The notes beneath the pieces were generated by a model. The model saw only the letters and a program-made list of their open reading frames with translations, had not been told where the DNA came from and searched no databases. The position numbers and the translations under genes are program-made. DNA of 60,522 nt, the filler included. It is 5 parts of 5 records of this genome, joined end to end, with 100 filler letters (N's around TTAATTAATTAA, not from the genome) between each part and the next. Parts side by side here need not be neighbours in the genome. Positions count along the whole stretch, not along the records: positions 7,671 to 36,464 come from SRR31156797_5646; positions 36,565 to 42,928 come from SRR31156797_5649; 3 more parts are not named here. One strand, written 5' to 3'. Every line of letters starts with the position of its first letter. Position 1 is the first letter of the stretch. Shown one piece after another: positions 27,410-39,530 of this stretch.

Positions 27410-30211
27410 TTATCCCAGGTTTAAAATTTCCGGGAATAATTTCAAAAGTTCCTTAACCAGGGTAATATCAAAGTTTTTTCCTGCCATTGCAACCTTTTGT
27501 GCATACGCTGAAAGTTTTGGCAGATTATGAGTAACGGCAAAATCTTCAATTTCATTTGCAAAATCAATAATTCTGTTCATCGAATTTGTACTGTATACAG
27601 TTTGCCATTTTTGTTTCAATTGTTCAATCTCTGCCCCGGAGTTTTGTAAAGTGCTTTTAATATTGTCATCGATAAATAAATCGATATTGAGATCAACGGT
27701 TTTTTTCTTGATTATTTTTTTCTCCTTAATTTTACTGGGTAATATTTTTGATACCATTTCAAACATGTCATCCAACAATACCGGTTTGGATATCAGGCCA
27801 TGATACAACGCAACCTCATCTTTCTCAAGCCTGTCGAAAATATTGGATGCCGAAAAAGCAATGACTTTAATATCTTGCAAATGTTTATCCTGTTTAATGA
27901 TCCTCGTGGCTTCCATGCCATCCAGTCCGGGCATTTTAATATCCATCATTACAATATCTGGTTGATATTTTCGGCTAAGCTCAATGGTTTCGTTTCCGTT
28001 TGAGGCTTCCAGAATCGTGACTGCCGTATTTTCAAAACAAACCTTTATCAGGCTACGGTTCATCTCCTCATCATCAGCCACCAGGATGGAACCCCCGGTA
28101 AATTCGTATTCCAGTTCTTCATGGATTTCTGATGTTGGTCCCGATTTACCTGCTTGCGATACACCTATGGGGACATCCCTGAAAAGTATGGTAAAAGTAC
28201 TGCCTTTGCCTTTTTGGCTTTCAACAGTAATCTCGCCATTCATCATTTCCGACAGGCGCTTGGATATGGCGAGACCCAGGCCGGTGCCTCCCATCTGTTT
28301 TTGCTCTTTGATGTTAACCTGGCGGAACGATTCAAAAATGTTGGTAACATCTTCTTTTGAAATGCCAATCCCGGAATCGGTAACCCGGATTCTTACATTA
28401 ACTTTTGTAGAATATTCCGATTGGTATTTGTTGAGCACAGGAGCATCAACATTGATTTTTACAAATCCGTTTTCTGTGAATTTAATGGCATTTCCAATGA
28501 TGTTTACCAGGATTTGCCGCAGCCTGATTTCATCTATTACTATCTCCGCAGGCATTTTAGGATCGATTTCAACGTCCAGGTCAATGCCTTTTTCATTGGC
28601 TTTGAGTGCAAAGAGTTCCCTGATGTTCATAATCAGCAGTCTCAGGTTGATGGTTTCAGGTGACAGAAGTATTTTTCCTGCCTCAATTTTTGACATATCC
28701 AGGATATCGTTCAATAGCCGCAACAGATTATAACTGGCCATTTCGATGGATTCGAGGTATTTGGAAGGTTTTGCGTCCTTCAATTGCTTTTTAAGAATGC
28801 TATTGAAACCGATGATGATATTTAATGGTGTGCGAATTTCGTGGCTCATATTGGCCAGGAATAACGATTTAAACTCCAGGGCTTTTTCGGTTTCCTCTTT
28901 CGATGCCCGAAGGTTTTGGTTTAATAATTCCAGTTCCTTTTTACTTTTGATTAGCTCAAAATTTTTAATTCGGAGCCTTCTAAAAAGGGAAACGATGATG
29001 ATGATGAAAATAAGGAAAACGGCTGTTGAAATGATAAAGACATTACGCATTCGCTTGTCCCTGATATTTTCTATTTCCTGTTCACGAACCTCCTGTTTTA
29101 GTTCCAGGTTTTCACGCTCTTTCTTTTCGGTTTCATATTTTGCCTCGATTTCTGCGATTTTTTGTTCCTGGCGAAGCTTATTTATCGAGTCCTTTATCCA
29201 TAGCATAGAATCCCGATAAAAATAGGCCTTCTCGTAGTCTCCTTCTGAAAGAGATTGGTCCCATAGCATTTTATAACAAAACTGCTGTTTTGTAAGGAGG
29301 TCGTGTTCTTTAGCCAGTACTTGCGCCTCATGGATGTACTTGTACCCATTGGTTTTGTCGTTCAAATAGAAATAAACTTCTCCGATATTAAAAAGCCAGG
29401 TCACATGATCAACAACTTCAACATTTTCCATTTCACCTTCGGCAAGTAACAGATATTTCAGGGCATCATACAAATACCTATTAATTTTTTGATGTGAACC
29501 TAAATAAGCATATGTTGTCCCGACATTAGTAAGCAGTTCAAACCTGTGATTTTTGCTGTGCAATTGGTCGAGGAGTTTTATGGTTTGAATCAGGTAATTT
29601 GCGGCTGAATCAAATTCATTTATTTTAGCATAAGCCAATGCCAAACTAGCGCGTTGCATGCCAATAGCAAATGTTGTATTATTGATTTCTTCATTAATTT
29701 TCGACCTCTCATCATCATTATCGACGGTCCTCAAATTCTGTCTGTATTTTTTTAAACTAGCTTGCTTAAAATCAATGGCCTGATTAAAATATGTAATAGC
29801 TTTTTTATAATCACCGATTGCCTCATAGACGTAAGCTAGGTTGTTTATATTTTGTGAAAGTGCAAAAGTATCTTTACTGGCTTCCGCTACCCGAATGGCT
29901 TTTCGCCAGTACTCAAATGTTTTTTCATAATTAGACTCGTACAAATAGGTAATGCCAATTCGATTAAAGAATGACCATTCAAAAAGTGTATTGTTTGCAG
30001 ACCGCGCAAAATTGATTGCTTCATTGCATATTATTCTGCATGAATCCTTGTCCACATTGATTAGATCTTTGGTAATAACTTCATAAGCCTCCAACTTCAG
30101 AGAGTCAGAATAATCCTGTGAATGAATTACGTTCCATAAACTGTCGGAGTTAGTTTGGCTAAAACTATTCATTGTAAACAGTAATATCAGGAAGGGAAGT
30201 ACTTTTTTCAT
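27410..30211 (-). CDS. TPR-sensor hybrid histidine kinase (TPR-TM-HisKA-HATPase-REC)
   Basis: Signal peptide; TPR-like helices; one TM; SHEIRTPL, NAIKFT, GTGLGL and MMDIKMP motifs. Confidence 0.92.
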   Translation of the reverse strand: MKKVLPFLILLFTMNSFSQTNSDSLWNVIHSQDYSDSLKLEAYEVITKDLINVDKDSCRIICNEAINFARSANNTLFEWSFFNRIGITYLYESNYEKTFEYWRKAIRVAEASKDTFALSQNINNLAYVYEAIGDYKKAITYFNQAIDFKQASLKKYRQNLRTVDNDDERSKINEEINNTTFAIGMQRASLALAYAKINEFDSAANYLIQTIKLLDQLHSKNHRFELLTNVGTTYAYLGSHQKINRYLYDALKYLLLAEGEMENVEVVDHVTWLFNIGEVYFYLNDKTNGYKYIHEAQVLAKEHDLLTKQQFCYKMLWDQSLSEGDYEKAYFYRDSMLWIKDSINKLRQEQKIAEIEAKYETEKKERENLELKQEVREQEIENIRDKRMRNVFIISTAVFLIFIIIIVSLFRRLRIKNFELIKSKKELELLNQNLRASKEETEKALEFKSLFLANMSHEIRTPLNIIIGFNSILKKQLKDAKPSKYLESIEMASYNLLRLLNDILDMSKIEAGKILLSPETINLRLLIMNIRELFALKANEKGIDLDVEIDPKMPAEIVIDEIRLRQILVNIIGNAIKFTENGFVKINVDAPVLNKYQSEYSTKVNVRIRVTDSGIGISKEDVTNIFESFRQVNIKEQKQMGGTGLGLAISKRLSEMMNGEITVESQKGKGSTFTILFRDVPIGVSQAGKSGPTSEIHEELEYEFTGGSILVADDEEMNRSLIKVCFENTAVTILEASNGNETIELSRKYQPDIVMMDIKMPGLDGMEATRIIKQDKHLQDIKVIAFSASNIFDRLEKDEVALYHGLISKPVLLDDMFEMVSKILPSKIKEKKIIKKKTVDLNIDLFIDDNIKSTLQNSGAEIEQLKQKWQTVYSTNSMNRIIDFANEIEDFAVTHNLPKLSAYAQKVAMAGKNFDITLVKELLKLFPEILNLG

Positions 30212-30462
30212 TTTTTGCAGGTATGAGAGAACAGTTTCTTTAATTAATTTGATTGGCGATGATCACTGTCTGTTACCGCAACCAGAAAAATCGTTTGATA
30301 AAGGCCTGGTAATCTGGTAAATTGTTGTTGACACGGGATCATCGATACAAAGTTTTAGCAAAAACACCTATCCATAGCTCAAAATGTATGTTGCTATTTT
30401 GAACTCAAAAGTAAAAAAATCATTGAAACAGAGAAGGAAAAGAAAATAATTCAAAAATAAAT

Positions 30463-30492
30463 TTTGATTTTTAAGAAAAGGTTGTACTTTTG
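30463..30492 (+). promoter_or_regulatory. Distal sigmaA promoter
   Basis: TTTG-N18-TACTTTTG followed by CACCC. Confidence 0.75.
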
Positions 30493-30497
30493 CACCC

Positions 30498-30667
30498 GCT
30501 TTTGAGTACAGGTAGCGTTTGAAACCACCCAAAAGCACTGAGTGAGAAGAGAATATTAAAGGAAACCTGACAAGGTGAGGTAATAAAAGGTTTCTAATGA
30601 CAATCCAAAAATTGTCATTTTACCTCGAAAGAAGTGAACTTCATCCTTCCTTTAATCTTCCTTACAC
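30498..30667 (+). ncRNA. Candidate structured RNA or leader between two promoters
   Basis: Several nested complementary stems (see findings); no recognisable ORF. Confidence 0.45.
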
Positions 30668-30709
30668 TTTTACTTTCTTAAACTTTTTGCTGAAATTTTT
30701 TCAGTATCG

Positions 30710-30739
30710 TTTGTTTTGAAAGATTTTATTGTACTTTTG
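30710..30739 (+). promoter_or_regulatory. Proximal sigmaA promoter of the str operon
   Basis: TTTG-N18-TACTTTTG followed by CACCC. Confidence 0.8.
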
Positions 30740-30788
30740 CACCCCCCAAATTTAGAGGGTTAAGCAAATATTAAACCAAAGTCTTAAT

Positions 30789-31166
30789 ATGCCGACAATA
30801 CAACAATTGGTTCGTAAAGGCCGCAAGAAATTAACAGACAAGAGTAAATCACCTGCTCTTGACAGTTGTCCACAACGCAGAGGTGTGTGTGTGCGTGTTT
30901 ACACCACTACACCCAAGAAGCCAAACTCAGCAATGCGTAAAGTTGCAAGGGTAAGGCTTACCAATCAAAAAGAAGTTAACGCTTACATTCCGGGTGAAGG
31001 TCATAACCTGCAGGAACACTCCATCGTAATGATCAGGGGTGGCCGTGTTAAAGACCTTCCAGGCGTAAGGTATCACATCATCAGAGGTGCATTGGATACA
31101 TCTGGTGTTGAGGGCCGTACACAGCGCCGTTCAAAGTATGGAACAAAGCGTCCAAAGAAGAAATAG
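30789..31166 (+). CDS. rpsL: 30S ribosomal protein S12
   Basis: TTPKKPNSA and [10 protein letters not shown]. Confidence 0.99.
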   Translation: MPTIQQLVRKGRKKLTDKSKSPALDSCPQRRGVCVRVYTTTPKKPNSAMRKVARVRLTNQKEVNAYIPGEGHNLQEHSIVMIRGGRVKDLPGVRYHIIRGALDTSGVEGRTQRRSKYGTKRPKKK

Positions 31167-31193
31167 TATTAATAAGATATAATTGAAGTAACA

Positions 31194-31664
31194 ATGAGGA
31201 AAGCAAAACCAAAAAAGAGAATCATTCTTCCCGATCCAAGGTTTAATGATACAATGGTTACCAAGTTTGTGAATAATCTTATGCTTCGCGGAAAGAAGGA
31301 AGTTGCTTTCAGGATATTTTACGATGCCATTGATGTTGTAAGCGAAAGACTTAAAGAAGAAGATGGTCTCGAAGTTTGGAAAAAAGCACTCGCTAATGTT
31401 ACACCTGCTGTGGAGGTTAGAAGCCGCAGGATTGGTGGTGCCACATTTCAGATTCCAACAGATATCCCTGCTTCCAGGAAACAATCTATCGGTATGAAGA
31501 ATCTGATTCTTTTTTCCAGAAAGAGAAACGAAAAGTCGATGGCCAGGTGTCTTGCTTCTGAAATACTCGCTGCCTACAAAGAAGAAGGTGGTGCATTTAA
31601 GAAGAAAGAAGATACACACCGCATGGCTGACGCAAACAAAGCTTTTTCACACTTCAGATTCTAA
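31194..31664 (+). CDS. rpsG: 30S ribosomal protein S7
   Basis: [11 protein letters not shown] and [10 protein letters not shown]. Confidence 0.98.
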   Translation: MRKAKPKKRIILPDPRFNDTMVTKFVNNLMLRGKKEVAFRIFYDAIDVVSERLKEEDGLEVWKKALANVTPAVEVRSRRIGGATFQIPTDIPASRKQSIGMKNLILFSRKRNEKSMARCLASEILAAYKEEGGAFKKKEDTHRMADANKAFSHFRF

Positions 31665-31702
31665 AACTGAATACAATTTATAGCGCATAGCAGTATTAAC
31701 AG

Positions 31703-33808
31703 ATGCCACACGATTTAACACATATCAGGAATATTGGGATTATGGCTCACATAGATGCGGGTAAAACCACAACTACTGAGCGTATTCTCTATTATACCGG
31801 CATCAATTACAAAATTGGTGAGGTGCACGATGGTGCTGCAACCATGGATTACATGGTGCAGGAGCAGGAACGTGGCATCACTATTACGTCTGCTGCTACC
31901 ACTATTTTTTGGGATTATAAAGATAACCAGTACAAAATTAACATCATCGATACTCCGGGTCATGTAGATTTTACTGTAGAAGTAGAACGTTCACTGAGGG
32001 TTTTGGATGGTGCCGTTGCAGTCTTTTGCGCAGTTGGTGGTGTTGAACCACAGTCAGAAACCGTTTGGCGCCAGGCTGATAAATATAAAGTACCCCGGGT
32101 TTGTTTCGTCAATAAAATGGACAGAACCGGGGCTGATTATTTTAAGGTGATCAGTCAGATTAAGGATAAGCTTGGTGCAAATCCCATTCCATTGCAAATT
32201 CCGATTGGAGCTGAGGATGAATTTACCGGTATTGTTGATTTAATTACCAATAAAGCTTACGAATGGGATGAGACCTCGATGGGAATGAAATTCAATGAAA
32301 TTGAAATTCCGGAAGAGGTTAAGGAAACAGTAGCAAGCTACAGGACAAGCCTTATTGAGGGTGTGGCCGAGGAAAGTGACGAATTGCTTGAGAAATTCAT
32401 TGCCGATCCAAAATCAATTTCTGAAGCTGAAATGGTTCGTGCAATCCGAAAAGCAACACTCGAATTGCGAATTACCCCGGTACTTTGTGGCTCAGCTTTA
32501 AAAAACAAAGGCGTTCAGCCACTTGTTGATGCCGTTGCAGCTTTCCTTCCTTCACCAGTTGAACTTCCGCCTGTTAAAGGACTGAATCCCTACACCGAAA
32601 AAGAAGAAACCCGCAAAACAAACCCATCCAATAAATTTTCAGCACTTGCATTTAAAATTGCCACCGATCCGTTTGTAGGCCGGATAGCTTTTATCCGTGT
32701 CTATTCAGGGAAACTGAAACAGGGCGATCAGATTTTGAACACCGGTACTGAGAAAAAAGAGCGGATATCCCGCATTATGCAAATGCACGCCAATAAACAA
32801 AATCCGCTTGAATCGATTGAAGCCGGCGATATTGGTGCATTGGTTGGTTTTAAACAGATCCGTACCGGAGATACCCTCTGCGCTTCCGACAGCCCGATCA
32901 TACTCGAGCGAATTACTTTCCCGGAACCTGTTATTAACATGGCAGTTGAGCCGCGTTTTCAGGACGATGTGGATAAACTCAACGATTCACTTTTGAAGCT
33001 GGTTGAGGAAGATCCTACACTTACACTGCGCACTGATGAAGAAACCGGCCAAACCATATTAAGTGGTATGGGCGAGTTGCACCTGGATATCAAACTGGAC
33101 AGGTTGAAGCGTGAATTTAATGTTGAGTGCAACAGGGGTAAGCCACAGGTAGCCTATAAAGAAGCATTTAAAAATACCATCATACACCAGGAAGTTTATA
33201 AAAAGCAAACCGGTGGAAAAGGCAAATTTGCTGATATCACTTTCGAAATCGGTCCTGCCGATGATGGCGTTACCGGATTGCAATTTATAAGCCAGATTAA
33301 AGGTGGTGCTCTGCCAAAAGAATACATCGAAGCTGTACGCAAAGGTTTCACCAATGCCATGATGAATGGGCCATTAGCGGGTTTTTCGGTTTTCAGTATG
33401 AAAGTGATTCTCAAGGATGGCAGTACACACCCAGTTGATTCAGACCAGTTGGCTTTCGAAATAGCCGCAAATGTTGCATTTAGGAATGCTGTTAAAAATA
33501 TGAAGCTCACATTGCTGGAGCCAATCATGAATCTTGAGGTTACAACTCCTGATGACTATGTTGGCGAAATCAGTGGAGACCTTAATAAACGTCGCGGCCA
33601 GCTTGAAAATGTAAAGACTGAAATGAATACGCAAATATTACGCGCCACAGTGCCGTTGGCCTCCATGTTTGGTTATGTTACAACATTGCGTTCCCTAACA
33701 TCCGGAAGGGCAACATATAACCTGGAATTTTCACATTTCGCAGAATTACCTCAGGATTTGCTTGAGCAAGTGCTGTACAAGATAAAAGGATACGTAGTAA
33801 AAATTTAG
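31703..33808 (+). CDS. fusA: Elongation factor G
   Basis: [26 protein letters not shown] and GMGELHL. Confidence 0.97.
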   Translation: MPHDLTHIRNIGIMAHIDAGKTTTTERILYYTGINYKIGEVHDGAATMDYMVQEQERGITITSAATTIFWDYKDNQYKINIIDTPGHVDFTVEVERSLRVLDGAVAVFCAVGGVEPQSETVWRQADKYKVPRVCFVNKMDRTGADYFKVISQIKDKLGANPIPLQIPIGAEDEFTGIVDLITNKAYEWDETSMGMKFNEIEIPEEVKETVASYRTSLIEGVAEESDELLEKFIADPKSISEAEMVRAIRKATLELRITPVLCGSALKNKGVQPLVDAVAAFLPSPVELPPVKGLNPYTEKEETRKTNPSNKFSALAFKIATDPFVGRIAFIRVYSGKLKQGDQILNTGTEKKERISRIMQMHANKQNPLESIEAGDIGALVGFKQIRTGDTLCASDSPIILERITFPEPVINMAVEPRFQDDVDKLNDSLLKLVEEDPTLTLRTDEETGQTILSGMGELHLDIKLDRLKREFNVECNRGKPQVAYKEAFKNTIIHQEVYKKQTGGKGKFADITFEIGPADDGVTGLQFISQIKGGALPKEYIEAVRKGFTNAMMNGPLAGFSVFSMKVILKDGSTHPVDSDQLAFEIAANVAFRNAVKNMKLTLLEPIMNLEVTTPDDYVGEISGDLNKRRGQLENVKTEMNTQILRATVPLASMFGYVTTLRSLTSGRATYNLEFSHFAELPQDLLEQVLYKIKGYVVKI

Positions 33809-33840
33809 AGATCTTATTCTAATTAAAATTATAATTAAAG

Positions 33841-34146
33841 GTGAGTCAAAGGATCAGAATAAAGCTTAAGTCTTACGATCATAACCTGGTTGACAAATCA
33901 ACCGAGAAAATCGTAAAAACTGTAAAGAATACAGGAGCTGTAGTAAGTGGACCAATTCCGTTGCCTACAAACAAGAAGATTTTTACGGTGAACAAATCCA
34001 CATTCGTAAACAAGAAATCCAGAGAGCAATTCGAATTGTCGTCATACAAGCGCTTGCTCGACATTTACAGTTCGACCACAAAAACAATTGATGCATTGAT
34101 GAAGCTTGAATTGCCGAGCGGTGTTGAAGTTGAAATTAAAGTGTAA
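33841..34146 (+). CDS. rpsJ: 30S ribosomal protein S10
   Basis: GPIPLPT and KSREQFE; GTG start. Confidence 0.98.
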   Translation: MSQRIRIKLKSYDHNLVDKSTEKIVKTVKNTGAVVSGPIPLPTNKKIFTVNKSTFVNKKSREQFELSSYKRLLDIYSSTTKTIDALMKLELPSGVEVEIKV

Positions 34147-34174
34147 TTACTAAGGAACTTAACATTATTATATA

Positions 34175-34804
34175 ATGTCTGGAATAATAGGAAAAAAAAT
34201 CGGTATGACCTCGATTTTTGACGAGAACGGGAAGAACCTTCCCTGTACCGTCATCGAAGCAGGTCCGTGTGTTGTAACACAGGTTAAAACGAAAAAATCC
34301 GATGGGTACGATGCCATTCAGCTGGCTTACGACGAAAAGAAAGAAAAGCGCACCTCGAAATCTCTCAAAGGTCACTTTGATAAAGCTGGTGTATCGCCCA
34401 AGAAAATTGTGAGGGAGTTTACCAGGTTTGAAGCCGGACACCAGAAAAAAGTAGGTGAAGAAGTTGGGGTTGATGTATTTGTTGAAGGCGAATTTATTGA
34501 CGTGGTTGGTATATCGAAAGGTAAAGGTTTCCAGGGTGTGGTAAAACGCCATGGTTTCCGTGGGGTGGGCGATCAAACACACGGTCAGCATAACCGTCTT
34601 CGCGCACCGGGATCAATCGGGGCATCATCATGGCCATCACGCGTTTTTAAAGGCATGCGTATGGGAGGCCGTATGGGCAACGAACGGGTTAAAATGATTA
34701 ACCTCCAGGTGTTGAAAATTGATAAAAGTAATAATCTGATTCTTGTTAAAGGTTCAGTACCAGGACCTAACGGATCATATGTAATTGTTGAAAGATGGAG
34801 CTAA
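34175..34804 (+). CDS. rplC: 50S ribosomal protein L3
   Basis: GKKIGMT and [11 protein letters not shown]. Confidence 0.98.
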   Translation: MSGIIGKKIGMTSIFDENGKNLPCTVIEAGPCVVTQVKTKKSDGYDAIQLAYDEKKEKRTSKSLKGHFDKAGVSPKKIVREFTRFEAGHQKKVGEEVGVDVFVEGEFIDVVGISKGKGFQGVVKRHGFRGVGDQTHGQHNRLRAPGSIGASSWPSRVFKGMRMGGRMGNERVKMINLQVLKIDKSNNLILVKGSVPGPNGSYVIVERWS

Positions 34805-35424
34805 CAGTTTATAATACCAGCGGACAAAAGACCGATCGTACCGTTGAGCTCGATGACAATATTTTTGGAATTGAGCCAAACGATCACGCGATCTACCTTG
34901 ATGTTAAACTGATCATGGCCAACAGACGCCAGGGAACACACAAGGCAAAGGAAAGAAGCGAAATTGTAGGAAGTACACGTAAGATCAAGCGCCAGAAAGG
35001 TACCGGTACTGCAAGAGCAGGGTCCATCAAGAGTCCGATTTTTAGAGGTGGTGGACGCGTATTTGGCCCAAGACCCAAGAGTTACGAATTTAAACTCAAT
35101 AAGAAAGTAAGGCGATTGGCCAGAAAATCAGCTTTGTCGTACAAGGCAGGTTCTGAAAATATTACAGTACTGGAAGATTTTAATTTCGATGCACCCAGAA
35201 CCAAAGATTTCATTCAGTTGCTGAAGAGTTTCGAACTCGATGGTAAGAAGGTTCTGTTGATCATGCCTGAAACAAAAGAAAACGTATTACTGTCGTCCAG
35301 AAACCTGAAAAAAGTAAAATATATCAACTCAAATAATCTCAACACCTACGACATACTTAATGCAAATCAGATTTTGATGGCAGAGAGTTCGGTGAAGGAT
35401 ATTAACGAGTTATTCAATAACTAA
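34795..35424 (+). CDS. rplD: 50S ribosomal protein L4
   Basis: RQGTHKAK and [10 protein letters not shown]. Confidence 0.98.
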   Translation: MELTVYNTSGQKTDRTVELDDNIFGIEPNDHAIYLDVKLIMANRRQGTHKAKERSEIVGSTRKIKRQKGTGTARAGSIKSPIFRGGGRVFGPRPKSYEFKLNKKVRRLARKSALSYKAGSENITVLEDFNFDAPRTKDFIQLLKSFELDGKKVLLIMPETKENVLLSSRNLKKVKYINSNNLNTYDILNANQILMAESSVKDINELFNN

Positions 35425-35456
35425 TCTGAGTAGTAGAACCCAAAACGAAGGCAAAG

Positions 35457-35747
35457 ATGAATATTCTAAATAAGCCGATCATAACCGAGAAAATGACTGA
35501 GCTTGGCGAAAAGCTCAACAGGTACGGTTTCCTGGTTCATAAAGATGCCAATAAGGTTGAGATCAAAAAGGCTGTTGAAGAATTATACGGTGTTGAGGTG
35601 GTAAAAGTAAATACCATTAACTACACAGGCAAAAGCAAGTCGAGGTATACAAAGACAGGCCTGATCAACGGAAAAACCAAAGCAACAAAAAAGGCTATAA
35701 TCACATTAGCCGAGGGTGAAACAATTGATTTTTACAGCAATATTTAA
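35457..35747 (+). CDS. rplW: 50S ribosomal protein L23
   Basis: PIITEK, ANKVEIKKAVE and KKAIITL. Confidence 0.97.
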   Translation: MNILNKPIITEKMTELGEKLNRYGFLVHKDANKVEIKKAVEELYGVEVVKVNTINYTGKSKSRYTKTGLINGKTKATKKAIITLAEGETIDFYSNI

Positions 35748-35753
35748 GATATA

Positions 35754-36464
35754 ATGGCTTTAAAAAAATTCAAACCGACGACCTCAAGTCAGCGCTTTAA
35801 ATTAATAAGTGCGTTTGATGAAATAACTACCGATAAACCTGAGAAGAGCTTGCTTGAATCAAAGAAGAAATCAGGCGGTAGGAATAATCAGGGTAAAATG
35901 ACCATGCGTTATTTGGGCGGCGGTCATAAACAGAAATATCGTAAGATCGATTTCCGCAGGGATAAAGAAGGTATGAATGCCGAAGTACTTACTGTGGAAT
36001 ACGATCCAAACAGGAGTGCCCGTATTGCACTCGTACAATACGAAGACGGCGAAAAGAGATACATCATTGCTCCTAACGGTATTAAAGTAGGAAACAAGAT
36101 TGCATCAGGAAAAGGTGTTACACCGGATGTAGGAAACACCATGTACCTCAGCGAAATTCCGTTTGGTACCCTGATACATAATATTGAACTCAGGCCAGGG
36201 CAAGGCGGAAAGATGGCAAGAAGTGCCGGATCTTATGCTCAGCTTATGACACGCGATGGCAAGTACGCAGTTATCAAACTTCCATCAGGCGAAACCCGCA
36301 TGCTGCTCCAAACCTGTAAGGCTACCATCGGTATTGTATCAAATATGGATCACAGTCTTGAGATTTCAGGTAAAGCCGGCCGTACCCGTTGGTTGGGTCG
36401 CAGGCCACGCGTAAGGGGTGTGGTTATGAATCCTGTTGATCACCCAATGGGTGGTGGTGAAGGT
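35754..36464 (+). CDS. rplB: 50S ribosomal protein L2 (3'-truncated)
   Basis: [15 protein letters not shown] and [13 protein letters not shown]. Confidence 0.98.
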
Positions 36465-36564
36465 NNNNNNNNNNNNNNNNNNNNNNNNNNNNNNNNNNNN
36501 NNNNNNNNTTAATTAATTAANNNNNNNNNNNNNNNNNNNNNNNNNNNNNNNNNNNNNNNNNNNN
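36465..36564. other. Artificial contig spacer
   Basis: N44-TTAATTAATTAA-N44. Confidence 0.99.
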
Positions 36565-39160
36565 CAAACCCCATCTGTTCAAGCCTGGCGGGAATCCCCA
36601 GGTTTATCCGTTTGTCAAACAGGGCATAGGGCCGTCCCAGAAGCAAAAGCTTGATTTTTTCCCCCCGGCCCTTCAGAAGGGTCTCTCCCTCTTTGATCCA
36701 GAGACGTTTTTTTTCCGTAAAGGCCTTTCGGGCAAGGATAAAGGCGTCTTTTATTTTATCCGGCGCCATGTCCAGGGTATTTTTCAGATCATCCGCCAGC
36801 CCCTCGGCCACCTTTTCCACCGGGGTGTTGTTGAACCGGATCTTGGGCATCAGCAGTTTGTCTCCAAAATCCTGACCCGCCAGATTGTCTATGATGGTTG
36901 CGGCATAGGACGAGTAATAGCAAAAGTAACTGTCCGTGCTTTTTTCCTGGAACAGCTCTTCCCGGTCAAGGCGGTTCACATACCCCTGCTCATTGATCAG
37001 GGTCGGCAGGAAGATATAATCGACCCCTTTCCGGGACAGGGATTCCACCAGGCCGTGGGCCAGGGCCATGGGCGCGCAGAAATCCGCATTGAGCATGTTC
37101 ATCCCCTTGGTGAGTTTCTTCGCCGTACTTTTTTCAACCATCACATTCAGGCCCAATTGCTGGAAAAAATCCTTGAACAAAGAGGTATACTCTTTCATGA
37201 ACAGGGCTTCCGGAATACCGATGACGGCGGCGCCTTTCCTCCTGACCCCGGGGATTTCAAACAGGTCGGTGAATTTTTTCTCAAACGTTGACCCCTTATC
37301 CTGTTTTCCCGCCTTTTTGTCATGGTAATCCCTGCCGCACTTCAATCCCCAGGCCGTTGTCGTATCGCCCACGGTGTAAATCCTGAGATCACACTGGTTG
37401 GAGCAGAGGGTGCAGGTTTCAGAAGACACCTCGCAGGAGAAATCTATTCCTGTAAAATCGGATTTCTGATGGTTCGCCTCCATCAGGGCAACGGCGCATC
37501 CCAGGGCTCCGGTCAGATGGCAGTACTTTGAGACAAAGACCGGCTGATTCAGCTCATTTTCAAACACGGCCACCAGGGCCTTGTTCCTGGCCGTGGCTCC
37601 CTGGAAGTAGATTTTGTTGCCCGGAACGCTTTTTCCCACCACCTTGGACAGGTAGTTGTCCCTGACGCTGTAGAGCACGGCGGCAATGATCTGTTCCCTG
37701 CGCCATCCTTCCGAGAGAAATATGTTGAGATCCCGCTCCATGTATACGGTACACCGGTCCGATGTAAACGGGGCGGTTTCTCCCACAACCATTTGGGATA
37801 TTTCATCCAGGCTCATATCAAGGCGCCTGGCCTGCTCTTCAATGAAGGAACCGGTTCCCGCGGCACAGACATAGTTCATGACGGCATTGGTCACCACCCC
37901 GTTTTTAAGCAGGGTGAATTTTGAATCCTGACCGCCGATTTCGATGATGGTATCCACCTGGGGATCCAGGAATGTGGCGCCCTGGGCATGGGCGGTGATC
38001 TCATTGATGGCCATATCCGCCCCCACGATCTCCTTGATCAGCTCCCTGCCCGAACCTGTGGTGGCAACACCTTTAATTTCAAGGGTCTTTCCTGAAAAAA
38101 TCTCCCTGACCTGGGCCAAAAGCCCTGTCACGGCCTGGACGGGATCTCCCTTGGTCCGCCCGTAAAGACCGGCAAGGATCGTCCCCGCCGTATCCGTCAC
38201 AACCGCCTTGGTACTGGTCGAGCCCACATCGATCCCGATATAGACATCACAGGCCGTTGTTTCGGGGGGGGCGTACAGGGTGATTTCAATTCCGTCGGCC
38301 TCATAACACCGGTCTTCACTGAAATCGGGATAATGGGGAAGATTTATCTCGAGGGGCTGCCGCACCTCTCTTTTTTTTCGGATAATGGTCGCAAGCCCCC
38401 GGCTTTTCTCCCAGGGCAGTTCTCCAAGGGCCGCAGCGCCAATGGCGTTAAAGTAAAGCCCGTCTTCATGCAGCAAAACCTCCCGGCCAAGGGTTCGGCC
38501 GATCTCAGCCACGATTTTCCGGTTCCGGCTCATGCCCCCGATAAAGAGCACGCTTCCGGACAGCTCCCGGCCCTTTATCGTATTGGCAAGGACACTGCGG
38601 GTCACCCCTTCACACAGGCCTGACGAGATTGCCTCTTTTGAGAATCCCTGGGCCTGGGCATGGATAATATCGGACTTGGCAAAAACAGCACACCGGGTGG
38701 CAATGGAGGGCGTTGTTCCGTCAAAGGCAAAGGCCTTTTCCGCCAGGGCTTCAGTGTTAAATCCCAGCCGTTCCGCCTGCTGGTCAATAAAGCTTCCGGT
38801 TCCCGAGGCACAGTCGGAATTGACAAAATGCTCCACATAATTGAAGTCCTCGTCCAGACGGATCATGTAGAAACTCTCGCACCCGATGGACAGGATGTTC
38901 CGGCATTGGATTTTCATCAGGCGCCCGGCCTCAACCGACGCAATCACGGGATCAAGGGGCTTAATCCCGTCCAGTTCAAGCCCGCCCGTAATCCCAAGAC
39001 TTTCTATGGCATCACTTTTATTTTCAATCTGCCGGAGGATGCTATCATAGGTCCCGCTGATATCACCGTTATGGGGCAGACTCCCCTTTACTACCAGTTG
39101 ATTGCCATCTAAAAGAACATATGAGATGTTCTTTGATCCAAAATCAAATCCAGCTTTCAT
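36565..39160 (-). CDS. CoA-substrate-specific enzyme activase (two BcrAD/BadFG ASKHA modules plus DUF2229-like region), 3'-truncated
   Basis: CASGTGSF/RCAVF and CAAGTGSF/RCTVY Fe-S motifs; IDVGSTSTK, EIGGQDSK and CxxCxNxC. Confidence 0.88.
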
Positions 39161-39530
39161 ATCTCATTCCTTCTCAGCTCCGCCGCGCATCTGCTTCCAG
39201 TGGGGCAATTAATATTATTATGCGACTACGTTGAATCTCCAACAATTTCCGGATGCTTGTATCTGTCCCAAAAATCCAACCTGACCCAGTATAATAACGC
39301 TATATTCAAAATGGTAACAATGAAGCTAATTATGAGCTATTAACACCTTATAAAACTAAAACACAAGTCTTCTTTTTTCCTTTTCAAGAATTAAGTCAGG
39401 AAGTGGGAACCATTGTAATGATTCATTTTTCCAAAATCCCAAACTGATACAAGCTTCAAATAGAGGTTTCAGTCGATCCGGGTTGGCGGCACATCTCCCG
39501 CCGATGGCATCTTGCCCGATTTGTGCGTTT

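Noticed and set aside
27984-29219. Long plus-strand ORFs (249 and 157 aa)
   Set aside because: Antisense shadows of the histidine kinase gene, with no motifs.
30789-31166. Streptomycin-resistance alleles of rpsL
   Set aside because: The PKKPNSA and RVKDLP lysines are wild type.
33809-33840. Absence of tuf between fusA and rpsJ
   Set aside because: Normal gene order in Bacteroidota.
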